Shown here one piece after another: positions 1-8,070 of a stretch of 51,090 nucleotides of DNA; within the stretch, counting starts at the first letter, position 1, and the number at the start of each line of letters is the position of its first letter. The notes beneath the pieces were generated by a model that worked only from the letters and a program-made list of their open reading frames with translations, was not told where the DNA came from and made no database searches. Source of the stretch: Verrucomicrobia bacterium Opi.OSU.00C (GTDB taxonomy: Bacteria > Verrucomicrobiota > Verrucomicrobiia > Opitutales > PNEW01); assembly GCA_002922725.1 (NCBI GenBank), contig PNEW01000004.1:1-51090 (forward strand). Direction: 5' to 3'. The translations under genes and the position numbers were made by a program.

Positions 1-1
1 C

Positions 2-94
2 GGATTGGTCATTTTTTTAGCTTCTGATGCTTCCAGTTATATTACCGGCCAGGACATTTACATAGACGGAGGATTTCTTATGAAAGGTATATAA
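2..94 (+). CDS. SDR family oxidoreductase, 3' end only (partial at window edge)
   Basis: Hand translation of frame 2 gives GLVIFLASDASSYITGQDIYIDGGFLMKGI*, the classic SDR C-terminal 'FLASD.S.YITGQ...DGG' motif. Confidence 0.85.
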   Translation, partial: GLVIFLASDASSYITGQDIYIDGGFLMKGI

Positions 95-95
95 T

Positions 96-110
96 TATAT
101 ATATATATAT
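96..110. repeat. (TA)7 dinucleotide microsatellite
   Basis: tatatatatatatat lies immediately after the SDR stop codon, in the AT-rich spacer before acoC. Confidence 0.9.
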
Positions 111-177
111 TAATAAAAGATAAATATCTTTTTTTATTCACATTTTCACTGATGGATGATAAAACTTTTTTAAGACT

Positions 178-1191
178 ATGCCTATTCCTGTAAAAATGCC
201 TAAACTCGGTTTGACGATGACTGAAGGAACACTCGTCTCCTGGCTTGTTAATGAAGGAGACAAGATTGAAAAAAAACAGGAAATCGCGGAAATCGAAACC
301 GATAAAATCGTTAATCAGTTGAGTTCACCGGCAGACGGTACGCTCGTGCGTATTACCGCTCAGGAAGGTGATGAAATCGATGTCGCCGAAACAATCGCAT
401 GGATCCTCGCGGAGGGTGAGTCGGAAAGCGATATCTCCACTGAAGGCCCTGATCGCTCAGAAATCTCAGTCGCAACGGCTATATCTTCGGAAGCTCTTCC
501 TGTAGAGGAAAAAGTCACGCAACAAAATGAAGGTAGTTTGGAACCCTGGTCGGATATGCGTAAAGCCATTACGCGTACTGTCACCCATTCAGCAGCTGTC
601 CCCCAGATTACTCTTTTCACCCGCGCATCCGCCTCTAGGATGATGGGACTTCGCGAAGTGGATAGAACTATCGCCTATGATGATGTTATAATTTTCTGTG
701 TATCCCGTACCCTGAAAGAACATCCCTGTCTTAATTCCACCTATGAAGAGGCTGGGTTGCGCATCCATTCTCAAGCTAATGTCGGCCTCGCTATAGCCAT
801 GGAAGAAGGATTGATGATTCCTGTAGTTAAAGGGGCCTGTGGCTTATCACTTCCCGAGATTTGTGAGGAGAGGAAGCATCTCGTCGATCTGGTGCGCTCA
901 CGCAGTGCCCTGACGGATGAACTGGAAGGTGGTACCTTTTCCATTACCAACCTGGGAATGTTTCCCGTCGATCGTTTTACCGCTTTGCTCTACCCCTCTC
1001 AAACAGGTATCCTTTCCGTTGGACGCATTCAGCAACTTGCCGTTTCTGGAGACAATGGTCAGATAGCTCTTGCGCCATTTATTGAATTGGGTTTAACTTT
1101 AGATCACCGCGTAGCCGATGGCGCGGCAGGAGCCGCTTTTTTAAAAGACTTAGTTGATAAAATAGAAAATCTGAGATTGGAGGATGGATAA
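178..1191 (+). CDS. acoC: Dihydrolipoamide acyltransferase (E2) of an acetoin/2-oxoacid dehydrogenase complex
   Basis: N-terminal lipoyl domain (MPKLGLTMTEG...ETDKI) and catalytic domain with GGTFSITNLG and DHRVADG. Overlaps the E1-alpha start. Confidence 0.85.
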   Translation: MPIPVKMPKLGLTMTEGTLVSWLVNEGDKIEKKQEIAEIETDKIVNQLSSPADGTLVRITAQEGDEIDVAETIAWILAEGESESDISTEGPDRSEISVATAISSEALPVEEKVTQQNEGSLEPWSDMRKAITRTVTHSAAVPQITLFTRASASRMMGLREVDRTIAYDDVIIFCVSRTLKEHPCLNSTYEEAGLRIHSQANVGLAIAMEEGLMIPVVKGACGLSLPEICEERKHLVDLVRSRSALTDELEGGTFSITNLGMFPVDRFTALLYPSQTGILSVGRIQQLAVSGDNGQIALAPFIELGLTLDHRVADGAAGAAFLKDLVDKIENLRLEDG

Positions 1192-2203
1192 AATGACTGA
1201 GGTAACAACTGAACCCCAAAAAGAGACCACAACATTTGCTGATATTGATCATGCAATGGGGTTAAGAATGTATGAAAACATGCGACGCGTTCGTGACTTT
1301 GATGAAGCCGTTCACGAGCTGAATGCGGCGGGAGAACTCCCCGGTTTCGTCCACGTTTATGTGGGTGAAGAGGGCATCGCCTCTGGTGTAATGACTGCAA
1401 TAAACGATGATGATTATATCACTTCCACACATCGTGGTCATGGACACTGTGTCGCCAAAGGTGTAGAAATGGACGGTATGATGGCTGAGCTCTACGGACG
1501 GGTAACGGGTATTTGCAAAGGAAAGGGTGGATCTATGCATATCGCTGACTTTTCTAAGGGGATGCTCGGCGCTAACGGTATTGTTGCTGGCAGCACGCCG
1601 ATTGCTGTTGGTGCTGCCCTATCCGCCCAAATGAGAAATAGCGGTCAGGTCGCGGTGTGTTTTTTCGGGGACGGCGCTACAAACGAAGGTATTTTTCATG
1701 AATCCCTGAACCTCGCATCGATTTGGGATCTTCCCTGCATTTTCGTCTGTGAAAACAATGGCTATGCACAGACGACAGCGACTTCCTATGCGATGAATGT
1801 TAAGGATCTCGCGGTACGAGCTAAATCCTATAATATTCCCGGTGTTATTGTTGACGGCCAGGACATTATCGCTGTTCACCGCGCGACTAAAAAAGCCGCT
1901 GAACGCGCACGGGAGGGGAAAGGGCCTTCCTTACTTGAGTGTAAAACGACACGCTTCTATGGACACTTTGAAGGAGATAATTTAAAATATCGTGATCCAA
2001 ACGAAGCCATTGAAGCACGAAAACGTGACCCCCTTGTGTTATTCGCTGATAATGTTGCTCCGGCCATTGGTGTCACTACAGATGAAATGAAAGTTATCGA
2101 TGAAAAAGTCGCGGATGTGATCAAAAAAGCAATTGAATTTGGTAGGTCTTCTCCCTTTCCATCTCCCGAAGACTGTCTTAATGATGTTTATGTAAATTAT
2201 TAA
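1184..2203 (+). CDS. acoA: TPP-dependent acetoin/2-oxoacid dehydrogenase E1 alpha subunit
   Basis: PGFVHVYVGEE, THRGHGH, GKGGSMH, TPP-binding GDGA..ENN and RFYGHFEGD, all typical of AcoA. Confidence 0.88.
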   Translation: MDKMTEVTTEPQKETTTFADIDHAMGLRMYENMRRVRDFDEAVHELNAAGELPGFVHVYVGEEGIASGVMTAINDDDYITSTHRGHGHCVAKGVEMDGMMAELYGRVTGICKGKGGSMHIADFSKGMLGANGIVAGSTPIAVGAALSAQMRNSGQVAVCFFGDGATNEGIFHESLNLASIWDLPCIFVCENNGYAQTTATSYAMNVKDLAVRAKSYNIPGVIVDGQDIIAVHRATKKAAERAREGKGPSLLECKTTRFYGHFEGDNLKYRDPNEAIEARKRDPLVLFADNVAPAIGVTTDEMKVIDEKVADVIKKAIEFGRSSPFPSPEDCLNDVYVNY

Positions 2204-2221
2204 ATTTAGGAGTATTAAATC

Positions 2222-3250
2222 ATGGTTGATAGAAAAAAAGTTACTTACCGGCAAGCCCTAAATGAAGCATTACACGAAGAAATGGCGTTCGATGAAAATG
2301 TTTTTATCCTCGGACAGGATATTGCTGGGGGAGCGCAAAATAAAGCCCCCGATGAGTTTGACGCATGGGGTGGTCCATTCGGTGTTACCAAGGGACTGGT
2401 TGGTAAATATGGAAAATCACGGGTCCGTGATACTCCCATAACTGAAGGTGCCATTGTCGGTTGCGCTGCCGGTGCAGCGGCCAGTGGGATGAGGCCAATC
2501 GTAGAATTAATGTTTATCGATTTTCTTGGATTCTGTCTAGATCAGATTATGAACCAGGCCTCACCCATGCGTTATATGTTCGGAGGAAAAGCTAAGGTCC
2601 CCATGGTGATGCGGACAATGATTGGGGGAGGTTTTCAGGCTGCAGCTCAGCATTCACATTCCTGCCATTCACTTCTCGTTCACCTCCCGGGGTTAAAACT
2701 GGTTACACCATCAACTCCCTATGACGCTAAAGGTCTGTTAAAATCAGCGATCCGTGATGACGACCTCGTAATCTTTGTCGAGCACAAGGGTCTTTATGAT
2801 ACGAAAGGGCCGGTTCCCGAGGAAGAGTATCTTCTCCCTTTGGGAAAAGGTGAGATCGTTCGCGAAGGTACAGATATTACAATCGTTGCTTTTTCTAAGA
2901 TGGTCCTCATCGCCTATGAAGCATCCGTAAAACTGGAGCAAGATGATATCAGTGTGGAGGTGATTGATCCTCGTTCGATGTCACCGCTTGACGAGGAATT
3001 GATTCTGAATTCAGTGCGAAAAACAGGACATCTAATAGTTGTCGATGAAGACAATCCAAGGTGCTCCATTGCAACGGATGTTGTCGCTCTTGCCTCCTCA
3101 AAGGCGTTTGACAGTCTTAATGCAGCGCCAAAGATGCTCACACCTCCACATACACCCGTGCCATTCTCACCAGAATTGGAAAAGTTTTATCTCCCTAACG
3201 CGGATAAATTAGTCGAACTCGTTAAGGAGACCGTCCCCGCTCACGCCTAG
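2222..3250 (+). CDS. acoB: Acetoin/2-oxoacid dehydrogenase E1 beta subunit
   Basis: DAWGGPFGVTKGL (AcoB-like insertion), DTPITE, ELMFIDF, AAQHS, EVIDPRS. AGGAG Shine-Dalgarno upstream. Confidence 0.88.
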   Translation: MVDRKKVTYRQALNEALHEEMAFDENVFILGQDIAGGAQNKAPDEFDAWGGPFGVTKGLVGKYGKSRVRDTPITEGAIVGCAAGAAASGMRPIVELMFIDFLGFCLDQIMNQASPMRYMFGGKAKVPMVMRTMIGGGFQAAAQHSHSCHSLLVHLPGLKLVTPSTPYDAKGLLKSAIRDDDLVIFVEHKGLYDTKGPVPEEEYLLPLGKGEIVREGTDITIVAFSKMVLIAYEASVKLEQDDISVEVIDPRSMSPLDEELILNSVRKTGHLIVVDEDNPRCSIATDVVALASSKAFDSLNAAPKMLTPPHTPVPFSPELEKFYLPNADKLVELVKETVPAHA

Positions 3251-3543
3251 GTGGGTGGGATAAGAGGGGGTTACGGTCGCGGAAGAGGTGACAGTAAATC
3301 CTAGCATATCGGCGAGAAGCCAGAGTTGACGCATAGCGAAACCTTTGGATAGCAAATTATAAGATCCCTCCTGAAGAAGCGGGGATATGACATTTTTTAA
3401 AATCTAAATCTAAATAATCTCCATTAAACACCTCTTTATCTGTGCCCCTTTAGGAATTAGATAGTAATCCATATTCTTTCTACCATCTATCGCGGTAGGA
3501 CTAAACCGTATCACCGTAAAGGTGAAGCTTCGCTACTCTCCTC

Positions 3544-4602
3544 TTACAAACTGTAAGTTTCCGGCCAATTACGTGAAGCGGCACCACGCGTGACATACAA
3601 TTTACCCAGGGTTGGCTCTGCTATGACGACGGCTGTCGTAAGTCCGATGTCACCAACATGTCGTTCGATACTGTCGGGAAAGTCGGTGAAATCACAAAAG
3701 CTGCAGTAAGCTAATTGCGCAGTCAATCGACCGTTGTTAGGTTCCAGATTCTTACGTAACATACTTTCACGCATGAGTGAATTTTCACGGGTAAACTGCC
3801 CGAAATTTTCCGTCTTTGCCAAGCGTTTATTTGAGACAACACAATTCGCATGGGTATATATTCCACGCTTGGGTTTAAGAACACCAATTCCATAGGGCGT
3901 GATTTCAATTCCCGCTATCCCACCCTTCTCATCGGCAACTGTACAGTGAGCACACAATTCAATCCGAAATTGTTTTGTAAATTCTATAACCTCTTCCACA
4001 CACGAACAATGCAGGGCAATCAATCCCCAAGCCGCATAAGGCAGGTCACCATTGGGATTATCAACGTAGAGTGCATTGCGAAAAATTGAACAACGACCTT
4101 GAATAAATCCGTGTCCAAAAAGCCACCCCGGGTAGGTAAGCGTTAATGCCGATGGTGCGTTACTCATTTTCATGCGCAGCACTTGGAATTGAAACTGTCG
4201 AAATGCATCGGTGTCTTTAGATTGACCCGAAATCGGGATGCCGTCGAGTGATGCAGTAGGTTGTATCGCAAAAGAAGTGCACGCGTTATCTTCTACGTGA
4301 CCGATTGTTCCTATCTGATTTTCATTTAAGCCCGACCCTTTTGCCATTCCGAGAAATACATCAGGAATGTGAGGTATATATTTATTTATGAATCGGTTGA
4401 ATTTTTTATTCTTCCACCACGGAATTGAATCGGGAACAATCCGACTCGCCCTAAGCTGCAAAGACTCCTGCCAGGCGTAACCGAGCATGACACCGCATTC
4501 GGATGCCGTCCCCTCGACATCAATCAACGGTACTTTACCTTGTGAGTATTCGCGATGATCTTTGATCTTACCCATATCACTATTTGAAAACATCTTCTCC
4601 AT
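3544..4602 (-). CDS. Peptidase C45 family autoproteolytic Ntn-hydrolase/acyltransferase
   Basis: Autocleavage site NA|CTSF about 108 aa in, followed by GQSKD and HANC motifs typical of the isopenicillin-N acyltransferase-like family. Confidence 0.75.
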   Translation of the reverse strand: MEKMFSNSDMGKIKDHREYSQGKVPLIDVEGTASECGVMLGYAWQESLQLRASRIVPDSIPWWKNKKFNRFINKYIPHIPDVFLGMAKGSGLNENQIGTIGHVEDNACTSFAIQPTASLDGIPISGQSKDTDAFRQFQFQVLRMKMSNAPSALTLTYPGWLFGHGFIQGRCSIFRNALYVDNPNGDLPYAAWGLIALHCSCVEEVIEFTKQFRIELCAHCTVADEKGGIAGIEITPYGIGVLKPKRGIYTHANCVVSNKRLAKTENFGQFTRENSLMRESMLRKNLEPNNGRLTAQLAYCSFCDFTDFPDSIERHVGDIGLTTAVVIAEPTLGKLYVTRGAASRNWPETYSL

Positions 4603-5656
4603 CCGTCAACCAGGATAAATCAAAACTGGTTAAAGTAATTTTCTCGTAAGGGTGAGCCTTTCCACATTCATGAAAACAGGCAATTTCACCCTCAGGTAAA
4701 ACTGCTAGATCGGAATAGGCAGAAGGGCCTTCATGGATCAATTTTGATATCACCCAAGATTCACCCTCGTCATAGCTGAGCCTGATCGTCATCTTTGCCC
4801 GATCCGTTGTGCTGGCTGGATTACTAAAAAGTATCCTATCTCTATCTTGGTGAGTAGCATTGGTATAACGAATTATACTTCCCTGGCAAATCGGCTCAAT
4901 AAGGGTTAAATCCCTTTTCAAAGGACCCCAAGTTAAACCACCATCATTACTGATAGAAACGACACGTGTATTTTTGCTTCGATCGAAATTACGCATATTG
5001 AGCATGATACTACCGTTCGCAAGTTCCACCGCCTGACATTCATTCACTTGATCAAAAGGTGTCCTTCCGCCCAATTTCCAAGATAGGCCATGATCGTCTG
5101 AATAAATCACATGGGAATAGTATTTCAAAGTATCAGCCTCTATATGGTCGCAGGGTATTATAAGACGATCTTTATATTCTCCCTTATGAATTTGGATTCC
5201 TTTACATGGTCCAGTGGCATACCAAGTCCACTCAGGTTTCTTAACAGTCGTGGTTATCTCTTTTGGCATTTCCCAAGTCAATCCATCATCATGGGATGAG
5301 GTTACAAATACTCGACGAGTATCATCGCTTATTTGGGTTATGATCTCATTCTCATAATCAGTTCCAAGGTTCCAGGTCATTAACAACCAAATTACCCCTG
5401 TCTCTTTATCTAAAACTGGACAAGGATTACCACACACATTCGCAGTATCGTTCCATATTACCTGTTGTTTACCCCAGGATTTACCACCATCTTCAGAACG
5501 TCTAACAAGCATATCAATATCCCCAGTATCACCTCTACCTGTCTTACGTCCCTCACAGAACGCCAAAACTGTTCCTTTTTTAGATAAAACCAACGCGGGG
5601 ATTCGATAGGTATGATAACCTTCACTACCACTTATATATAAATCAATCTGTTTCAT
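4580..5656 (-). CDS. Exo-alpha-sialidase (GH33), no signal peptide
   Basis: YRIP motif, five Asp boxes (SEDGGKSW, SHDDGLTW, SDDHGLSW, SNDGGLTW, SYDEGESW), catalytic-type NE, NMR and SAYS motifs. Confidence 0.9.
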   Translation of the reverse strand: MKQIDLYISGSEGYHTYRIPALVLSKKGTVLAFCEGRKTGRGDTGDIDMLVRRSEDGGKSWGKQQVIWNDTANVCGNPCPVLDKETGVIWLLMTWNLGTDYENEIITQISDDTRRVFVTSSHDDGLTWEMPKEITTTVKKPEWTWYATGPCKGIQIHKGEYKDRLIIPCDHIEADTLKYYSHVIYSDDHGLSWKLGGRTPFDQVNECQAVELANGSIMLNMRNFDRSKNTRVVSISNDGGLTWGPLKRDLTLIEPICQGSIIRYTNATHQDRDRILFSNPASTTDRAKMTIRLSYDEGESWVISKLIHEGPSAYSDLAVLPEGEIACFHECGKAHPYEKITLTSFDLSWLTDGEDVFK

Positions 5657-5840
5657 TGTTTTGTATCTTTTTAATACGTTATTTTAAATAACCAAAGTAA
5701 AATAAATATTAAGGTAAAATATAATTAATTATAGAAGGTAGATATATCGGTAGCTTAAAGAAAAACCGTAATAACAATAAAGCCAGTAATCCGACCGTAC
5801 TATTCAACTAACAAGAATATATATACTGTGGATAAAGTAA

Positions 5841-6482
5841 TTACGTTGGAAGAAGTGAAACGAGGTCGGTATGGGGTCGAGCAATTACGTGCGATGCAAT
5901 AATTGTACCTAATTCATTAACTGCTTCTTTACCTGCGTCAACTGCCGCTGTGACTGCAGCAACGTCACCTTTAATTACCACGGTGACATAAGCAGCTCCT
6001 ATTTTCTCTTTTCCAACAAGTGTTACATTTGCAGATTTTAACATTGCATCTGTCGCTTCTAAAGCTGCGACAAGTCCTTGCGTTTCCAAGAATCCTAAGG
6101 CATGTTGGTTATTTTTCATATTTTGTTTCTGTGTTATTTTATAATCGCTTGGTAAAAATTGTTCACGTGCTCCATAAATAGGATTAATCGTATTAGGATA
6201 ATCAACCGCCTTATCAAACCCACTTGCCGGTGAAGGAATAACACTGCTAATTACTTCTACACCCAATTCATTGCCAAAATCAACTGCAGTCTGCAGTGAA
6301 GAGTTGACATCTGACACATCACCGGCAACACGTATTAATATATTTTCAAGAGCTGTAGTATCTAGCCCCAGTAGCTTAACTCCAGACTCTTTCACCATCT
6401 TATCTGCCACCACTGCGCCAATACTCCAAAAAGAAACCTCGGCAAAGCCCAAGGCAATTACCTCTTCATATGATTTTACCAT
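5841..6482 (-). CDS. Bacterial microcompartment shell protein with two BMC domains (divergent N-terminal, canonical PduA/EutM-like C-terminal)
   Basis: C-terminal [44 protein letters not shown]-terminal [22 protein letters not shown]. Confidence 0.92.
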   Translation of the reverse strand: MVKSYEEVIALGFAEVSFWSIGAVVADKMVKESGVKLLGLDTTALENILIRVAGDVSDVNSSLQTAVDFGNELGVEVISSVIPSPASGFDKAVDYPNTINPIYGAREQFLPSDYKITQKQNMKNNQHALGFLETQGLVAALEATDAMLKSANVTLVGKEKIGAAYVTVVIKGDVAAVTAAVDAGKEAVNELGTIIASHVIARPHTDLVSLLPT

Positions 6483-6504
6483 AGTAAAATTACTTTAAAC
6501 CAAA

Positions 6505-7557
6505 TTATATTTTACCAAGATTGCGTAATACTTCATCTACAATTTTATCCACATCAATAACATTACGAGAAGACCCCTGTTTATCAGCTAGTGTTGTCCC
6601 TACAAAAGGCTGAACGAGGTCAGCCCTAGATTTTTGACAATTACTCGCCGCCTCCTCAAATCCACATTCCGTAAGAAGGCAAGCAACTTTTGAACGTATA
6701 TTACCCAATTCTTCTTTTTCACGTGATGAAAGCACATATCTGGAACTACCCATATTGAAACCTCTTAACTCGTATCCTATGCGAAACCCATGGGGAAAAT
6801 CGGGAGCATAAAGCATGGTATTGATGAGATCTAAAAGTTTAAACTGAATTCGTTTTGCTTCATCAAGTTCACCTGAAAGAAAACAATTGTATAGCTTCAT
6901 TACAGCTTCCGGAACAACTCCAGAAGTTGCTATTGTCCCACCATCTCCTCCCATAACAAGTGTTGGATATAGAATTTCCTCACAACCCACGAGAATACTA
7001 AATTCAGGTCGTTGGGGTTTAATTTCATTCAAGGTATTAATAAAACGAGGCATATCACGACTACTATCTTTAATTCCGATAATATTGGGGCAATCCAAAG
7101 CTAAGCGCCTAACCACTGGGACACTTATTTCATTAGAAAACTGAGGGATATTATACATGACGATCCCAATCGGAGATTTAGCAGCAATTTCCCTAAAAAG
7201 TTCCTCAATACTTTCTTGGCTAACATTGTAATAATAAGGACCAGTAACAGAAACAGCCGAACAACCATAATCCGCGTAGGTTTCACAGGCTTCCAGAATC
7301 ATTTCCACATTTGCTTCTGCACCACCTGCGAGAATAGGGACTCGTCCCTTTACCTCACTACTCATTATTGCGATTATTCTCTTACGTTCTTCAAAGCTGA
7401 GGCGAATAAATTCTCCTGAACTCCCATTGGGATAAAGCCCAGAGACTCCTTTATCAATAAGCCAATTAGTCTGTCTACGTAGTTCATTCTCATTTATTTT
7501 CCCTTCTTCGTCAAAAGGAACAATATTAGGAACAAATATACCTTCAATTTTACTCAC
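6505..7557 (-). CDS. DapA/NanA-family class I aldolase/lyase with C-terminal encapsulation-peptide-like extension
   Basis: GSSGE, PYY, YNIP and Schiff-base IGIKDS motifs. Lacks the DapA-specific Arg (YNIPQF vs YNVPSR). The tail ends in IDVDKIVDEVLRNLG. GTG start. Confidence 0.85.
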   Translation of the reverse strand: MSKIEGIFVPNIVPFDEEGKINENELRRQTNWLIDKGVSGLYPNGSSGEFIRLSFEERKRIIAIMSSEVKGRVPILAGGAEANVEMILEACETYADYGCSAVSVTGPYYYNVSQESIEELFREIAAKSPIGIVMYNIPQFSNEISVPVVRRLALDCPNIIGIKDSSRDMPRFINTLNEIKPQRPEFSILVGCEEILYPTLVMGGDGGTIATSGVVPEAVMKLYNCFLSGELDEAKRIQFKLLDLINTMLYAPDFPHGFRIGYELRGFNMGSSRYVLSSREKEELGNIRSKVACLLTECGFEEAASNCQKSRADLVQPFVGTTLADKQGSSRNVIDVDKIVDEVLRNLGKI

Positions 7558-7756
7558 CTTGCCTAAGGTACAAATTGTCGAGACCGCAAGTAAAGCTTTA
7601 TTGTTAAAAATTGTGCAAACTTCAGAAACTTTTCAGTGATAAAAATGACTTTCAATTAACAGTTCACATTCCTGTATGGTAGATTAAATTTCTTCGGAAT
7701 TTATTTCAATGCAAGAAAACTAGATAAGATTGAACCTAGAGAATTACTTAGCTCTA

Positions 7757-7999
7757 CTAATCAGTTAATTCGTAACGATAATCCTCGATAATCGGATTAC
7801 TCAATAAGTCATAGCAGAGCTTATCAATTGAAGCTCGAAAACTAGGACTATCATCACCTTGGATTTCAAATTCTATGGTTTTTCCCACACGAACATTTTT
7901 CGCCTGCACATACCCAAGACTTTTCATTGCCTGCCCGACTGCAGTCCCTTGAGGATCAAGAACATTCTTTTTAGGTATAACGTAAACGATGACTTTCAC
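7757..7999 (-). CDS. purS: Phosphoribosylformylglycinamidine synthase subunit PurS
   Basis: 80 aa with VLDPQG, VRVGK and LLSNPIIEDY motifs. Confidence 0.95.
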   Translation of the reverse strand: MKVIVYVIPKKNVLDPQGTAVGQAMKSLGYVQAKNVRVGKTIEFEIQGDDSPSFRASIDKLCYDLLSNPIIEDYRYELTD

Positions 8000-8070
8000 T
8001 CAGTTTAATTTAGATGTGGAAATTAAAAGATTTCAATGAAAATGAGTGAAAAAATGTTAACCATAATATA

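Noticed and set aside
3422-3434. 13-bp match cattaaacacctc also at 33000-33012, both near GC-rich genes
   Set aside because: Matches of this length are expected by chance in 51 kb of AT-rich DNA, and there is no extended similarity or integrase.
3251-3543. Purine/GC-rich intergenic stretch after acoB as an ncRNA or IS remnant
   Set aside because: No recognisable RNA motif, terminal inverted repeats or convincing reading frame was found.
6505-7557. Calling the aldolase dapA or nanA
   Set aside because: It lacks the DapA Arg and the GTTGE/GDD motifs. NanA specificity cannot be established by eye despite the nearby sialidase.
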